From the IMG/VR virus record IMGVR_UViG_3300047160_035999, positions 5,059 through 69,058 of that record: a stretch of 64,000 nucleotides of DNA; one strand, 5' to 3'. Positions 63,755-64,000 of the stretch are shown piece by piece. The notes beneath the pieces were generated by a model, which worked only from the letters and a program-made list of their open reading frames with translations, did no database searches and was not told where the DNA came from. The number at the start of each line of letters is the position of its first letter. The stretch's first letter is position 1. A program made the translations under genes and the position numbers. Source of the DNA: a virus.

Positions 63755-64000
63755 TTGGCAGGGGCGCCCTCCCTGCTGCTGGCCGGCTGGTGCCGGGCGG
63801 GTGAAATTCAGCAGCAGAGCTTGCTGACCCCCATTATTCCCGCCACGCAGGGAGCGACCCCGCGCTTCTACTAGCGGTTATTCCTGGGGCCGCCCGGCCT
63901 ATAGGCCGGCATTGGCTCTGCTGCCTTACTCGCAGGGTCGGATTTCACGCCGGCTATGCGAGGGAGAGAGGTTAACACATCGAAACTGAAGTGAGAGGCA

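Noticed and set aside
1-64000. CRISPR array, rRNA or IS transposase
   Set aside because: No regularly spaced repeat-spacer array, rRNA-like sequence or DDE transposase motif found

Overview
Almost the whole window is one temperate myovirus-type (contractile-tail) phage or prophage. It is GC-rich and the host is very likely an alphaproteobacterium, judging by the GcrA homologue and the alpha-type Cro/CI. Layout from left to right: (i) a leftward early operon (1-12425) with a ParB-like gene cut by the window edge, two different HerA/DUF87-like ATPases with DNA-binding tails, a Lar-like gene, RecT, a YqaJ exonuclease and an initiator-type tRNA-Met embedded in a CDS; (ii) an immunity region (CI-S24, Cro, CII-like) with 14-bp palindromic operators CGGTTATCTAACCG; (iii) rightward GcrA, RuvC-like and AAA_25 helicase genes plus a TGTCYC repeat cluster; (iv) a second leftward operon (20306-25191; DUF932, an MTase-like gene lacking motif IV, small genes) with its own copy of the operator and a parS-like site nearby; (v) ParB-N, cold-shock, SAM-MTase-like and radical SAM genes; (vi) a complete packaging, head, neck, sheath, tube, baseplate and fibre operon of the DUF1073/DUF2213/DUF2184/DUF3383/DUF2612 type; (vii) an antisense acyltransferase moron; and (viii) a lysis cassette with endolysin, a class-3 lipase and an extended holin, but no recognisable spanins. 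No integrase or att site is visible. The most unusual observations are Sec-type signal peptides on fibre-like proteins inside the virion operon, one ~60-aa module inserted six times into four virion proteins, the HerA-HerA-ParB cluster, the lipase in the lysis cassette, and the ParB-N/MTase/radical SAM cluster. All family assignments come from motif recognition by eye; no database searches were run.
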